Assembly: GCA_044892505.1 (NCBI GenBank)
Contig: CM097883.1
Location: forward strand, 154,380,001-154,444,000
Direction of reading: 5' to 3'
Source of the DNA: Schmidtea nova
Lineage: Eukaryota
Length of the DNA stretch: 64,000 nt
Positions 11,394-22,410 of this stretch are shown one piece after another. A program made the translations under genes and the position numbers. How positions within the stretch are numbered: the stretch's first letter is position 1; each line of letters opens with the position of its first letter. The notes below the pieces were generated by a model. That model did no database searches. It was given only the letters and a program-made list of their open reading frames with translations, and was not told where the DNA came from.

Positions 11394-14300
11394 AATTCGA
11401 ATGAATTGCTCCTCGTTTTCGAAAATAGGCAGTGTACCATTCTTGTGGAAGTACCATCGTTTTGCCGAGTGTGCAATATTACTAATTGCAAACTTTTTTA
11501 ATAACCCAGCCACCTGGCCTTTATTTATGCCAATTTTCTGAAGGATCTGAGGAGTTTCTACAGGAAAAGAGCCAAGAGCGCCTATAATGCAAGTATCGAG
11601 TTCAACTTTAAAGTCTGGCTTGACAGTTTGAATATCGATTTTCAGAGAGTTGTATTTTTCCAAATTCAATAAATTTACACGCTCAAAGTTACATAAAGAA
11701 TCACTCGGACATTTAAGGTCAACAAGGAAGATTCTTTTTCTAAGAACATCAGTTATCAGCAAATCCACCCGCTCTTTAGAACTCGGAACAAGTGAACAGG
11801 CATGGTTGACAACAACAATTAGGTTTTTATTAAGTTGGAGATGATTAGAAATGAGTTTAAGGCAAGCATCGTGTCGTTCAGAGCCCAAAGTCATATGAAC
11901 TTTGCACGATTGAAGTACATGTGATGAGGTTTCATCCTCATCATGACATCGACGACAGAGTCTTTTCTCTCCACTATTATAAGGCTTTGCAAGGGTGGAA
12001 AGAGTGTTGGTGCGTGCTCTATGGACAAAGTTCCAAGCAAACTCGGATAAATCACTGCGATAGATAGCTTTGTTTACTGTCGGTGAAAGCTTTACAGCTG
12101 AAGCGATAATGTTTGAGACACAGCTTTTTTCCCATTTAACCAAGTATGAATCATTGAGCGCTAAGTGCAACACTTTTGCCGTGGTCTCACGTTCGTCCGG
12201 AGTTACAATACATGTACCACGTGCGTTCGTATTAATATAGAGACATAGTACATTATTGGTGATAGTAAACGTGATGTTGATGTCGTGCGTCTTCTCAAAA
12301 AAAGCAATCGCAATCCTAGCTCTTTGAAATCGAGTTTTCTTTCCAGAATGGGGAGAAAGAGACTCTTTTCCATTGAGCCATTCAAGACTTTTCTGAAGAG
12401 TTGGATTTTTTATCCCAAGACGTGGACTGGTGACAAAAGCTAAAGAGTCAAGATTAATTTTCCTTGCAAAGTCACACTGTGACGTGATTAATCGAAAAAA
12501 GTGTGTGATAGTCTGTGTGTGATATTCGTCGAGGAGATCAACACAGTTTGCTCCCCCATTTTCAGTTGAATTGTAGAAATAACTCACTTCCGAGTGATTA
12601 GGCAAAAGCAGCATTTTTCTTAAGGTTTTCCTTAACTGTCTAGTGATGTTAACTGAAAGATTTTTATTATCATAAGATTTTGAAAGTGCACTAGTTTTAA
12701 TTTCACGGGTTCTAAAAGGGAAGATCAAGCGAGAATGGATAAATACTTTGTAAGCTTTAAGATTTTGCCACCCAAGCAAATCCGAATCAGCAAGTTTTTT
12801 GGTGTCTTTAAGTGCCTCCAGTAGAATGTCGTAAGGACTTTGGTCAGTTCCTTCGCCAACTGGCACACCTAGGTATTGATAAAATTCATTAGACAGTAGT
12901 TTTTTTATTTTAACTCCATTGATTGAAATTTCACTGTCAATGTGAATTCTAGGAAGTTGCAGATAAGCACATTTCTCTGGCCGATATTCAAAGCCTATAT
13001 TGGTTGCAGTTGTGACAGCAGTGTTAATGAGTTTTTGCAGGTCATTAGGAGATTTAGCGAAAATTGCGATGTCATCTGCATACGCGAGAATTTTGACAGA
13101 TGATTCTCCAATAGCAAAAGCATCACAGACTGTTCTGGAAACAGCTTCCAACACAGGATTAATCGCCAAAGCAAACAAAATCATGGAGATGGGACATCCT
13201 TGCTTGACACCCTTTTTAATTGGGATCTTTGGTGTCAGAATAGGACCACAACTATAGAAGGAGCTTGTGTCAGAATATAAAAGTTCTAAGATGGAGGTAA
13301 AGTCTTCACTTACCCCAGTGTATCGGAGTAAGGACCACATGTAATCATGTGGGACACTACCAAAAGCATCTTTTATGTCGAGCCAAGCAATGGAAAGAGG
13401 ACAGTTTTTACTATATTTGGAATGTTCCAGAGCAGCAGACAGAATCGAGTTGTGTTCAACGCAACCTTCATGTTGGGAGCCACCTTTTTGTCCAACATGT
13501 AATAGTTTATTAGAGTTTATCCAGCGTGCAAGACGAGAGGCTAGACAGGACGCAAAAACTTTGTAGATGACGGATAGCAAGGCAATCGGGCGCCAGGATG
13601 ATATATCTGAATATTTATCATTTTTATTAGGTTTCGGGATTAGAGTGGTTTTGTAGACCTTCCAACTGTCCGGTATGGACTTCTCTGTAATGATCTTGTT
13701 GAACAAGAAAGTAAGTATATGACCATCAGGATCTAGACGCAACAAGTCACGATATTGTAATCCATCAATACCAGGACTAGTGTTGTCAGCCCTCCTAAGT
13801 TCATACATCACTTCCCTATTCGAGAAGCATTTCAGAGGAAGTACATTTTGAGAGTGTTTACAAAAGTCAAATAGTTTCTCCCAATGCCCACGTGCAGGTG
13901 TTTCATGAGAAAAGTTTTTAACTATGTTCTGAAAAGTTTGTCGAGCCGGTACATCGAAATTGTTGATGACCTTATTGACAGCTGACTTCATATCTTTCAT
14001 GAATAAATCGATCAATTTATTTTTGCTAATTTTAGAAGTTTTAATTTTGGTTCCCAAGTATGGTTTTTTAGCTGGTTTCACTTTTTCAGGGAATTGCTCC
14101 ATAATCGCGTGAATAATTTCATTTGTGCTATAATTTGCCCATTTAATTAAAAATAGTTCAGCATTAGTTCTCTTTTGTTTTATCGGAACTCTCAATATAG
14201 CTTTATGAATAATTTTAGTGTTACTTGGGTTCTCTATATTATCGTGCTGCCTGACAAAGATAAGCAAAGAGCCAACCACGTCTCCAATCTCGCGCAAGTT

Positions 14301-16085
14301 TAAATTTACAAGGGGCAAATTTTTCGAGAAATTATTAATAAACGCACACAAGAGAATTTTACTAACAAGACCTGAGCTCCGGATGTCATGGGGACATTCA
14401 GAAAGATTCAAAACGCGGCCAGGTGTATCTTTTATGTCATTTATTTTATTTCTCAGAATTCTGCAAGTAGACAGATAATTGTCATTCACAGTTAAAGTTG
14501 TTGGGTTTACAAGATAAAAGGTGTCAACACTATAATCGAGAATGAGCAAAATTTCACGATGTTTAGGGGGAGCAACAATCGCAAAGATGATTTGTGATTT
14601 GCATATATTTTCAAAATTCAGAAAATCATTTATGTGTTGAGTACAATCGTCAAGAATAGCCGTGCACATGGTCGCACTCAATAAAAAAAAAGTCTTGGGT
14701 AAATTTAAATTATCAAAAAACATTGAAATTATTTTATCCGAAATTTTAGAATTAAGTAAGTTTAGATTCTGAGAGATTTCATTTGTTTCCCTTAATTTTA
14801 TTGAGTTTAATGATTTGTGTATATTTAAAAAATGAATAACTTTATTAAACAAAAGTTTCTCAAGAAGCTCAATAAAAACCGACGCAAAGAGAATTGTATC
14901 ATCAGAGATGTTGGGCACCAGTTCCAAGCCGTGGTTAGGTTTAAAAGAAATGTTTGTTGATAGAAAGAACTTATTCAAGTAGTCAGTAATATTTTCGCCG
15001 ATGCCAAGTAAACGGTCAGAAATAGGTTTTTCTTGATTGTTAAAAACGTAACTTGCACCATGTGTAATAGAAAAAAGATATAAACACCAGTAATTATCAT
15101 TTGGGATAACACTGATGACATGGTTAATCCCGAGAAAATTTTTAAACGTGACATTTTCTCTAATAAATGAGTTATTTCTAGAGATTATATTTAGTGTAAG
15201 TTCTTGGGACAGGACCAAGATGTCTTTATGGTCTTTAAACCATTCGGTAATCAAAGACGAGATGCAGGCATTACGTTTCATAAGGAAGATGTGGTCGTGT
15301 TTATTAGAAATATTTAGAGTTGTGTCTTTTTTCACTCTCTTAGGGTTAGTGAGTTTAGATTCACCACCTCCAGATGATTTTGGGACCATGTTATTTAAAG
15401 TAAGTTTAAATTGGTAGACATCTTTTCTGATATTTTCTATAAAATCATCAGGAAATTTTTGCCATGTACCACTTATCATCATAGCATAAGCACAGATGTA
15501 AGGCCCACAGTCATAGTTATTATTTTGGTAGACAAAGTTTTTATGTGGGTGGAAAAATAGTGCAGCTTTAAGGTTAAAAAGACGATTCAAAGCGATTGTA
15601 GTTTGAAGAGCGTCGGCTCTATTGGTCAACGAATGGCGGTTGTTGAAAAGAGGATCTACAAAGTATGAAGTTAAAGAAGTTTTACAATACACAAAAATAA
15701 TCCAATGAGTTTTATTAATATTTATTGGACATAGTAGAGTTTGCGCAGATATTACTCTGTCTGGCATTCGAAAAATGGTTTCGCAAAGATTTGCCCGTAA
15801 GATTTCTATTTGAAAGCATTTTATTGGAGCAAATTTAGGGTCATTGATATGACATTCAAGATAGTTATCAATGTCATCATCAGTAAACCATATTTTAGGG
15901 TCACGCAATATATATGATTTTAGATGGTTTAAATTTTTTGGGAAATGTGCTGTCTGCATCAGTCTCTGTTGAGATTGGGGCAGATATTGAGACTGGTGCA
16001 GGCACACAACTTCATTTGTTTTTGATAGCCATACGTTTGAGTTTTTTAATAGGCTTTTTCGAAGAGTCTTGAGACTCACTATCAA
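11382..16085 (-). CDS. ORF2: Ulp1/C48 cysteine protease + two degenerate Ulp1-like units + reverse transcriptase + CCHC knuckle + PD-(D/E)xK endonuclease (1567 aa; first ATG at 15959)
   Basis: Protease: THW(H127)...VDPL(D144)...QNNNYDCG(C193). RT: SPGIDG, WRPIALL, QKG, LDIKDAFGSVPH, GVKQGCPIS, YADD, YQYLGV. Knuckle: CRRCHDEDETSSHVLQSC. Nuclease: RHD, RVDL, VDLK, EKY, GALG. Confidence 0.93.
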   Translation of the reverse strand: MIVSLKTLRKSLLKNSNVWLSKTNEVVCLHQSQYLPQSQQRLMQTAHFPKNLNHLKSYILRDPKIWFTDDDIDNYLECHINDPKFAPIKCFQIEILRANLCETIFRMPDRVISAQTLLCPININKTHWIIFVYCKTSLTSYFVDPLFNNRHSLTNRADALQTTIALNRLFNLKAALFFHPHKNFVYQNNNYDCGPYICAYAMMISGTWQKFPDDFIENIRKDVYQFKLTLNNMVPKSSGGGESKLTNPKRVKKDTTLNISNKHDHIFLMKRNACISSLITEWFKDHKDILVLSQELTLNIISRNNSFIRENVTFKNFLGINHVISVIPNDNYWCLYLFSITHGASYVFNNQEKPISDRLLGIGENITDYLNKFFLSTNISFKPNHGLELVPNISDDTILFASVFIELLEKLLFNKVIHFLNIHKSLNSIKLRETNEISQNLNLLNSKISDKIISMFFDNLNLPKTFFLLSATMCTAILDDCTQHINDFLNFENICKSQIIFAIVAPPKHREILLILDYSVDTFYLVNPTTLTVNDNYLSTCRILRNKINDIKDTPGRVLNLSECPHDIRSSGLVSKILLCAFINNFSKNLPLVNLNLREIGDVVGSLLIFVRQHDNIENPSNTKIIHKAILRVPIKQKRTNAELFLIKWANYSTNEIIHAIMEQFPEKVKPAKKPYLGTKIKTSKISKNKLIDLFMKDMKSAVNKVINNFDVPARQTFQNIVKNFSHETPARGHWEKLFDFCKHSQNVLPLKCFSNREVMYELRRADNTSPGIDGLQYRDLLRLDPDGHILTFLFNKIITEKSIPDSWKVYKTTLIPKPNKNDKYSDISSWRPIALLSVIYKVFASCLASRLARWINSNKLLHVGQKGGSQHEGCVEHNSILSAALEHSKYSKNCPLSIAWLDIKDAFGSVPHDYMWSLLRYTGVSEDFTSILELLYSDTSSFYSCGPILTPKIPIKKGVKQGCPISMILFALAINPVLEAVSRTVCDAFAIGESSVKILAYADDIAIFAKSPNDLQKLINTAVTTATNIGFEYRPEKCAYLQLPRIHIDSEISINGVKIKKLLSNEFYQYLGVPVGEGTDQSPYDILLEALKDTKKLADSDLLGWQNLKAYKVFIHSRLIFPFRTREIKTSALSKSYDNKNLSVNITRQLRKTLRKMLLLPNHSEVSYFYNSTENGGANCVDLLDEYHTQTITHFFRLITSQCDFARKINLDSLAFVTSPRLGIKNPTLQKSLEWLNGKESLSPHSGKKTRFQRARIAIAFFEKTHDINITFTITNNVLCLYINTNARGTCIVTPDERETTAKVLHLALNDSYLVKWEKSCVSNIIASAVKLSPTVNKAIYRSDLSEFAWNFVHRARTNTLSTLAKPYNSGEKRLCRRCHDEDETSSHVLQSCKVHMTLGSERHDACLKLISNHLQLNKNLIVVVNHACSLVPSSKERVDLLITDVLRKRIFLVDLKCPSDSLCNFERVNLLNLEKYNSLKIDIQTVKPDFKVELDTCIIGALGSFPVETPQILQKIGINKGQVAGLLKKFAISNIAHSAKRWYFHKNGTLPIFENEEQFIRINNN

Positions 16086-17451
16086 TTAATTCAGTGTTTA
16101 ATGTCAAATTTTCATCAATATCGACAGGAAGTTTATTTGTAGGGTTTTCTACCAAATTGTAATTTATTTCAGCTTCATCGCATTCAGGAATAGAAAAAAG
16201 AGGCTCGTTTACAAGCTTTTCAGTATTCTCATTGTTCCCCATCACAGGCTTATCAACCTTTTCTATAGCAGGTTTTTCATTGACAGTTAGCTTAATAGAG
16301 CATAAGATTCTAGATATACCTTCGCTCATTTCTGGAGTACAAATCTTTCTACAGTACTTGGGAACGCGGAAGGTAAATTTATTTTTTAAAAGAAAAGTTT
16401 TTTTATCTCTAATAAGAAAGAATAAGAGTCTTTTCGCTTTCAAGGTGTTTGAGTTATCCAAATCGTCTTGGAATTCGTTAATTCCACGTCCTATATTTTC
16501 AAGTGCCGTTAGTTGTTGTGCTTTATTTGGCAAAAGATTATCGATAGAATCAAAGAAGTTGTTAATATCCAAAATAGTTTTTGGAGAGATGATGTTGTTT
16601 ATTTTATCGATCTCTTGAAGTATAAAAGTTTGTTTGAGTTTTAGGAAGCGCTCATGGCAGCTTTTGTTATAATAGGAGTTGGTAGGTAGTTTTTTAATTA
16701 GTTCCATAGCCCAGGATTCAATATTATCGTAGCATAAGGAGTATACACTCTCAAGCTTCACAATCGAGTGCATTAGGAAGCAGTTACGAATGTAATTATA
16801 AACATATATATTAAATGATAAATTTATTTTGCATTTTAAAGATCCCTGTAAGTTTAGGTAATTTAAGTAAAATATTATATTTATTAATTTCTCAGGTGAC
16901 TGAGGCTGTTTTAATAATTTATTGAACTCAATGTCCACATTTGACATTTCTACAAAGTCTAATAAGCCAAGATTAAACATTATGTCAGACGCACCATTAT
17001 CGTGCAGTCCAACAGAGTTTTGAAAAATTTTATTTTTAACAAATTTACCCCCAACAAATGAAATCTCATTAGGAAAATGTTTTATAGTTTTTAATTCTTT
17101 AATTAAATTAATTAATAAATCAGGATACCTGTTCACGTTTTCCATAAAGTAGAGCTTTGGAATTTCAGGAAAGGATCTTGTTAATTCTTCCAATTCAGAG
17201 CGAGAAAGATCGATTGGGTTTAGATCAGTGCTGTCGCCAACTAATTCATCGGAATTAATAAGGTCTAACAGAAGAAACTCTCCATTTGAATACTTTAACT
17301 GTATGTATCATTCAAAAGAGAAAAATCGATTTTCAAATAACTTTAAAATACAAATGTCATATTTTTTTGTTAAATTAATTAAAGGCTGTTGATTAATTAA
17401 GTGATAATAATTACGGAATACATTAGAGAAATATGTCATAGATTGCAACAT
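16012..17451 (-). CDS. ORF1 of the retroelement (about 479 codons from ATG 17451 with one in-frame TGA at 17310-17308; 393 aa if read from TTG 17193)
   Basis: Long open frame overlapping ORF2 by 74 nt. It has a PUB-like segment near the N-terminus and an acidic then basic C-terminal tail. Confidence 0.75.
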
Positions 17452-18609
17452 GCATCCTCAAATATTGGATTTTCTATATGGAATATATATTTCCAAGAAT
17501 CAATAACGCCATGAAGTTAAAGTTCCGGTAATAAATCGGAAATTGAAAGGTTCAACTATTTTACTGACATTAATTTTAATTTTTTTCAGACAATAGATAA
17601 AAAATATTTTTTTCTTCTATCCAATACAAATTTTCGGTACTGCTTTTTTCAAGTGAATTTATAAGTAATTCTCAATTTGTAAATATTTTAAATATTGAAA
17701 AAGCTATGATGTATTTTATTTACGATTGTCGACGAAAGGCAAATCGGCAGTGGTGGTTCAAAATGTGATATTTATTTACAATACGTAAAGTTCATTTGCT
17801 ATTTTAATTGAGGATGTGTCTGAATGTCGTATTTTGTCATTGAAATTCAGAATTCAGAACATGAAATCAACGAGGAAAATATTATTGCAATTATATATCA
17901 TTAAAACAAATTATGAAAAATTTTAAAAATATTTTAAAAAATTTAATTCTGAATAAATTAAGAAATTTAGTGAAAAAAAAGTGAATTTTGTAAAAATGGA
18001 TTTCTGGTACATAAATTGTAAATCGGCCTGTTGAATAAAAAATATACAATCGTATGGAAATCTATGGAGACTGATTGATGTCCAGATTTTATATATCTAG
18101 CAGCAAAAATAATATTTTGTTTTAATGACTGAATAATACGTGACGACAATCAGATAAATTCATTTAGAAATTTTTTTTCTGATTTATCGAAATGTTTTTT
18201 TATCACATGTTAAATTTTGTATATTTTTTTAATGTTTTTTATTAAAATTTTTTAAAATTGATCCCAATTAGCGATTAAATTTTTTTAATAATAAAAATTT
18301 AATGACAAAATTTAATTCTGGAATTACCTATTCCAGTTATGCCTAATATTCTTTTTCAAATTTGATCAAAAGTAAAATTTAGTTGCTATTTGATAGAACA
18401 AATTTATTTTACTTAGACGAAAAAATAATTATTTTGAACACAACTTCTCTCCATCATCCTCCTTATATTTCTTGTAATATCAATTTTCTCTTCAAATGAA
18501 TTTTCAATATATACAGATAAAATTCTTTTGCCTTTTATTTTCAATTAAAATATTTAGAAATTATTAGAAAGAAAAAAAGAAATATTTTTTGAATGTATAT
18601 TTTAGTTGT

Positions 18610-19745
18610 CTATACGCTTTCGACACGAATTTCTGGTACTGACTTTTTTTCGTTTTCTTTAGTATATATTTCCACACTTGAAAAAAGGTTTCGTAGAAAC
18701 TTCACGTAACTTTTTAAAAGTATTTTGATCTAGTCTTTATAAAAAATGAGAATTTTCGAAAAAGAAACAAAAAAGATCAAAGATGAAAATAGGAGATGTT
18801 AATGGTAGTATATTTTTATGTAAATTATTTGTTTTATTCATTATGAAATTTTAATGTTACATTTTTAATCTACGTGATGTGCTCAATAATAATAATGAGC
18901 AGCCAATTTAATTCGAACTTTCAGCAATAAACAAGAAACGTGAAAAGGTTTATTTCTCAATATAAGCATCGCCAACTTCCACACATTTTCACTATCTTCT
19001 GCCTTCTTTTACAAGTTGTACATAATAGTCGCTATTGATTTTGACATTTTGAAAAATTCTTTCATGTTCCATATAATATTGAACACCAGAAATTCCTTGT
19101 GGATGTGACAGTTCTCATTTTCAGTAATGGTTTCTCCTCTGGCATCTTCCATTTGGCAAATTCATGTTTAGTTTCAAGTATGTATATGATCAGAAGTGTC
19201 TCATCTTCTGTGATTATGTGATGCAGAAAGGCATCACCAAGTTTGTCAAAGATTTAAAAAATTTTCTGACAACACTGAAATAGTCTTTGTTGCATGTCAT
19301 CTATATAAAATCGTGGAAAAATTGTAAAAAAATAGTTTCCTGATGTCCATTTCATTCAACAAGTTATGCAACATGCCTTTAGAGATGTTTATACGTTGTA
19401 CAAGGTCTCTTGCTATAATGTCACTGTCTATCATGATGATTTTCTTCAGCATTCCTTTCTTCTCATATCTAACTTCTACAAGTCAGCCAGGTTTTCCAAA
19501 TCAAAAACACCAGTGCATCCACTTTTAAAATCACAAATCCAGTTGTAAATGGTTGCTTTACAATGGCACTTACTATTGTAAACAACCTGCAGTTGGGCAA
19601 TAATTTCTTGGCTAGTAGTTTTCTTTAAAAGAAAAAACTTTATAACGTTTCGAAATTCAAAATTATCTGACATTTTCTGACGCAATTTCTTTTCAAAACA
19701 AAAATAGCTTAGAGAAACTAAAACACTTTTCTTTACCTATACATA
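18610..19745 (-). mobile_element. Degenerate mariner transposon
   Basis: N-terminal HTH (FRNVIKFFLLK...ATIYNWICDFKSG, ORF 19476-19685) and an IITEDET...ETK..W catalytic-region remnant near 19150-19220, with many stops. Confidence 0.75.
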
Positions 19746-20129
19746 TTCAAGTCTAATAGCCTGCAATATCTAATTTATAAAGTCATTATTTCTTGCCAAG
19801 TGCGTCACGTAAATAACATCAGATTTAAATGAATTTTGTTTCACTTTTTAATTATTCATATTAAAGGATCACGATAAATTAAATAATAAGTTTCTTACTT
19901 AAATAACTAATTTAATTAAGTATATAATATTAATTAATTTAGAATTCATTAAGTAATTTATATATCGAATAATTGTACCCAAGTAATAATTAATTATTTA
20001 AAAGTAATGTAAATTTGTAATAAAAAATAATTGTGTGATTGTAGAATATAATGTTTGATGTTCTTTGATTATGATATTGTTGACGTTAAGGATCGTTATT
20101 GTTTGAATATTGATATAAAAGTTGTTTGA

Positions 20130-20950
20130 ATAATATAATAAACATTTTCAAATTGGTAAGTATTTTAATAGATATTATAAATACAAGTACAACGGAGTCT
20201 AATATAGTGACCACGCTACTGGCTAATTTTGTGAAACCTTCAAAGACTTTCGACATTGTAGATGATGTTGTGAAATTTATTGAAGAAATCGAACGATTTT
20301 TAGCGTTTGTGAAACCTTAAACAGTCATCGAAGATTTACAGGAAGCTCTACAATATAAGCAAGATTAAGATTCAGTCAAAGAATTTTGCCAGAAAATCAA
20401 GAAGTATGTTGACGAAATCCTCAAGCATAAATTCGAATTTGAATCTAAAATTGCAAGAATTAAATTCATTTGAGGCAATAAAAATAAGAATGACTAAACA
20501 CGTGAAGATTATTTAAGCTATCAATAAGAAACATTTTTCTGATATTGTCCATAGTCAAAAATACCACCAAGCAAGGTTTTAAGCCTAATAAAAGAAAATA
20601 AGCATTCGATAAACCAAATGATGAATATTTTCTTTAGAAATATAATTTCAAATATCTACATGAATACAAATTATTATCATAACAAAGAAGATTCAATTAA
20701 ATATTTTTATTCAAATAATGATTACAAAAATAAAAATCGATTTGAGAATGATCATGACGAAAAAAAAGTTCTACGAGGCTCGGTGTGTACGGAAGTGGAA
20801 CACTGTAGAGCTGAAGGTCTAAATGTGAAATGTGCAAAATGCCACAAACAGAGACATTTTCTACACAATTTCTGGGAATTGCAACAAGATGGAAACCATC
20901 AGTACTCGAAATCAATGACTGACCATTTGATGTTAATAAAAATTAAACTC
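20130..20950 (+). pseudogene. Degenerate retrotransposon gag-like remnant
   Basis: Broken ORFs with a CAKCHKQRH zinc-knuckle-like motif. Confidence 0.4.
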
Positions 20951-22410
20951 AATTTTGACTCACTTGTCGAAAGGTTTTGCTATTACTGCGATAAGAAGAA
21001 AGTCGATTTTCCGATAACATTTAAATACAAATGTCATGTTCATTAAAAATAAAAGTATTTGTAAAATTNNNNNNNNNNNNNNNNNNNNNNNNNNNNNNNN
21101 NNNNNNNNNNNNNNNNNNNNNNNNNNNNNNNNNNNNNNNNNNNNNNNNNNNNNNNNNNNNNNNNNNNNNNNNNNNNNNNNNNNNNNNNNNNNNNNNNNNN
21201 NNNNNNNNNNNNNNNNNNNNNNNNNNNNNNNNNNNNNNNNNNNNNNNNNGTTAAGTGATAATAAATATCATAAATTTCTATATCCTATCAACCTGTTGTA
21301 ATATTAAAAATAATTTTATTATTCGTAACATGTTTTTTTCTTATTTCTGTCTTGTAAGGAATTTGTGGAATTATTGTGCACGTCACCTTGATGTCTATTT
21401 GCAAATGCGTTTCTTCATTTGACTGACTCACACTTGGGGGCTGCAAATGCCATTTCTTACTGACATCCCATTTTTTGCTCGATCACACTTGATCTGTCTG
21501 AGATCCAATTTAAATTTAGAATTTTTTTTCTTTTCATTAATAAATGTAATTATTTATTTAGCCAATCCTAAGCCAATAGGTTATTTTTATTTTTTCATTT
21601 CCTCGGAATATTTTGACTAAACGCCTCCGAAATTTACCAATTATAATAATTAGGCAATTAGTTTCGGGTTATATCAAATTCTGGTTTCGGGTAGATGAAT
21701 ATTTATAGGGGAAGAATAAATATCTCTAAGTATCTATATGAAATACATTCANNNNNNNNNNNNNNNNNNNNNNNNNNNNNNNNNNNNNNNNNNNNNNNNN
21801 NNNNNNNNNNNNNNNNNNNNNNNNNNNNNNNNNNNNNNNNNNNNNNNNNNNNNNNNNNNNNNNNNNNNNNNNNNNNNNNTTCCTTAAGAATGAATTTATT
21901 AGTGGTACAGCAAAGTCCACTAATATCTCAATGTAAACTCCTAATTTCATAGATATATAAGCTTTATGAAGATAACTCTGACCATTTCTATTTTAAGATT
22001 TTTATTTTTAATTTGCTATTTTATTACAAATAAAATGTATGTTTTATATTAGAGCACAAGTCTTATATATAATTATTCTTTCACATTTCAGCTGTTTTTT
22101 GATTTTAGAATTTTATTAATTTTCAATCAGTTGTAAACTAAAACATCAAACATAAAAACCATGGTTTTTGAAACTCTCTCTCGCCATTTATATTGCCAAG
22201 TATTGCTCAAAGAATGAGCCAACAACGATGTCTTCAAGGTTTCGAGAGGCCATCCGAAAGATTCGTCTAGAGGAGAAAAACAGTTTCAAACTTATATAGC
22301 ATATTTTAGATATAATTACGTTATCTCATTAATCCGAAGTTAATGAATAGATAAGAATTTATATTGAAACAAGGAAATGACAATAGATTTGACATATCAA
22401 TATTTTTTAA

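Larger units (their letters stand above)
11382..17460 (-). mobile_element. Two-ORF non-LTR retrotransposon with restriction-like endonuclease (NeSL/R5-like), nearly intact; 5' boundary uncertain (~17460-17620)
   Basis: Two long overlapping ORFs carrying Ulp1-like protease, RT, CCHC and RLE motifs. No APE domain and no LTRs. The 3' end runs into the 5S sequence. Confidence 0.9.

Noticed and set aside
11650-16618. Short + strand ORFs opposite the retroelement (11650, 13000, 13375, 14218, 15115, 16232)
   Set aside because: They are antisense shadows of the long minus-strand ORFs with no recognisable motifs.
17385-17394. ATCAACAGCC on the minus strand as the missing 5S 5' end
   Set aside because: It is only 10 nt, does not pair fully with the observed 3' end, and lies inside the extended ORF1 frame (NQQP).
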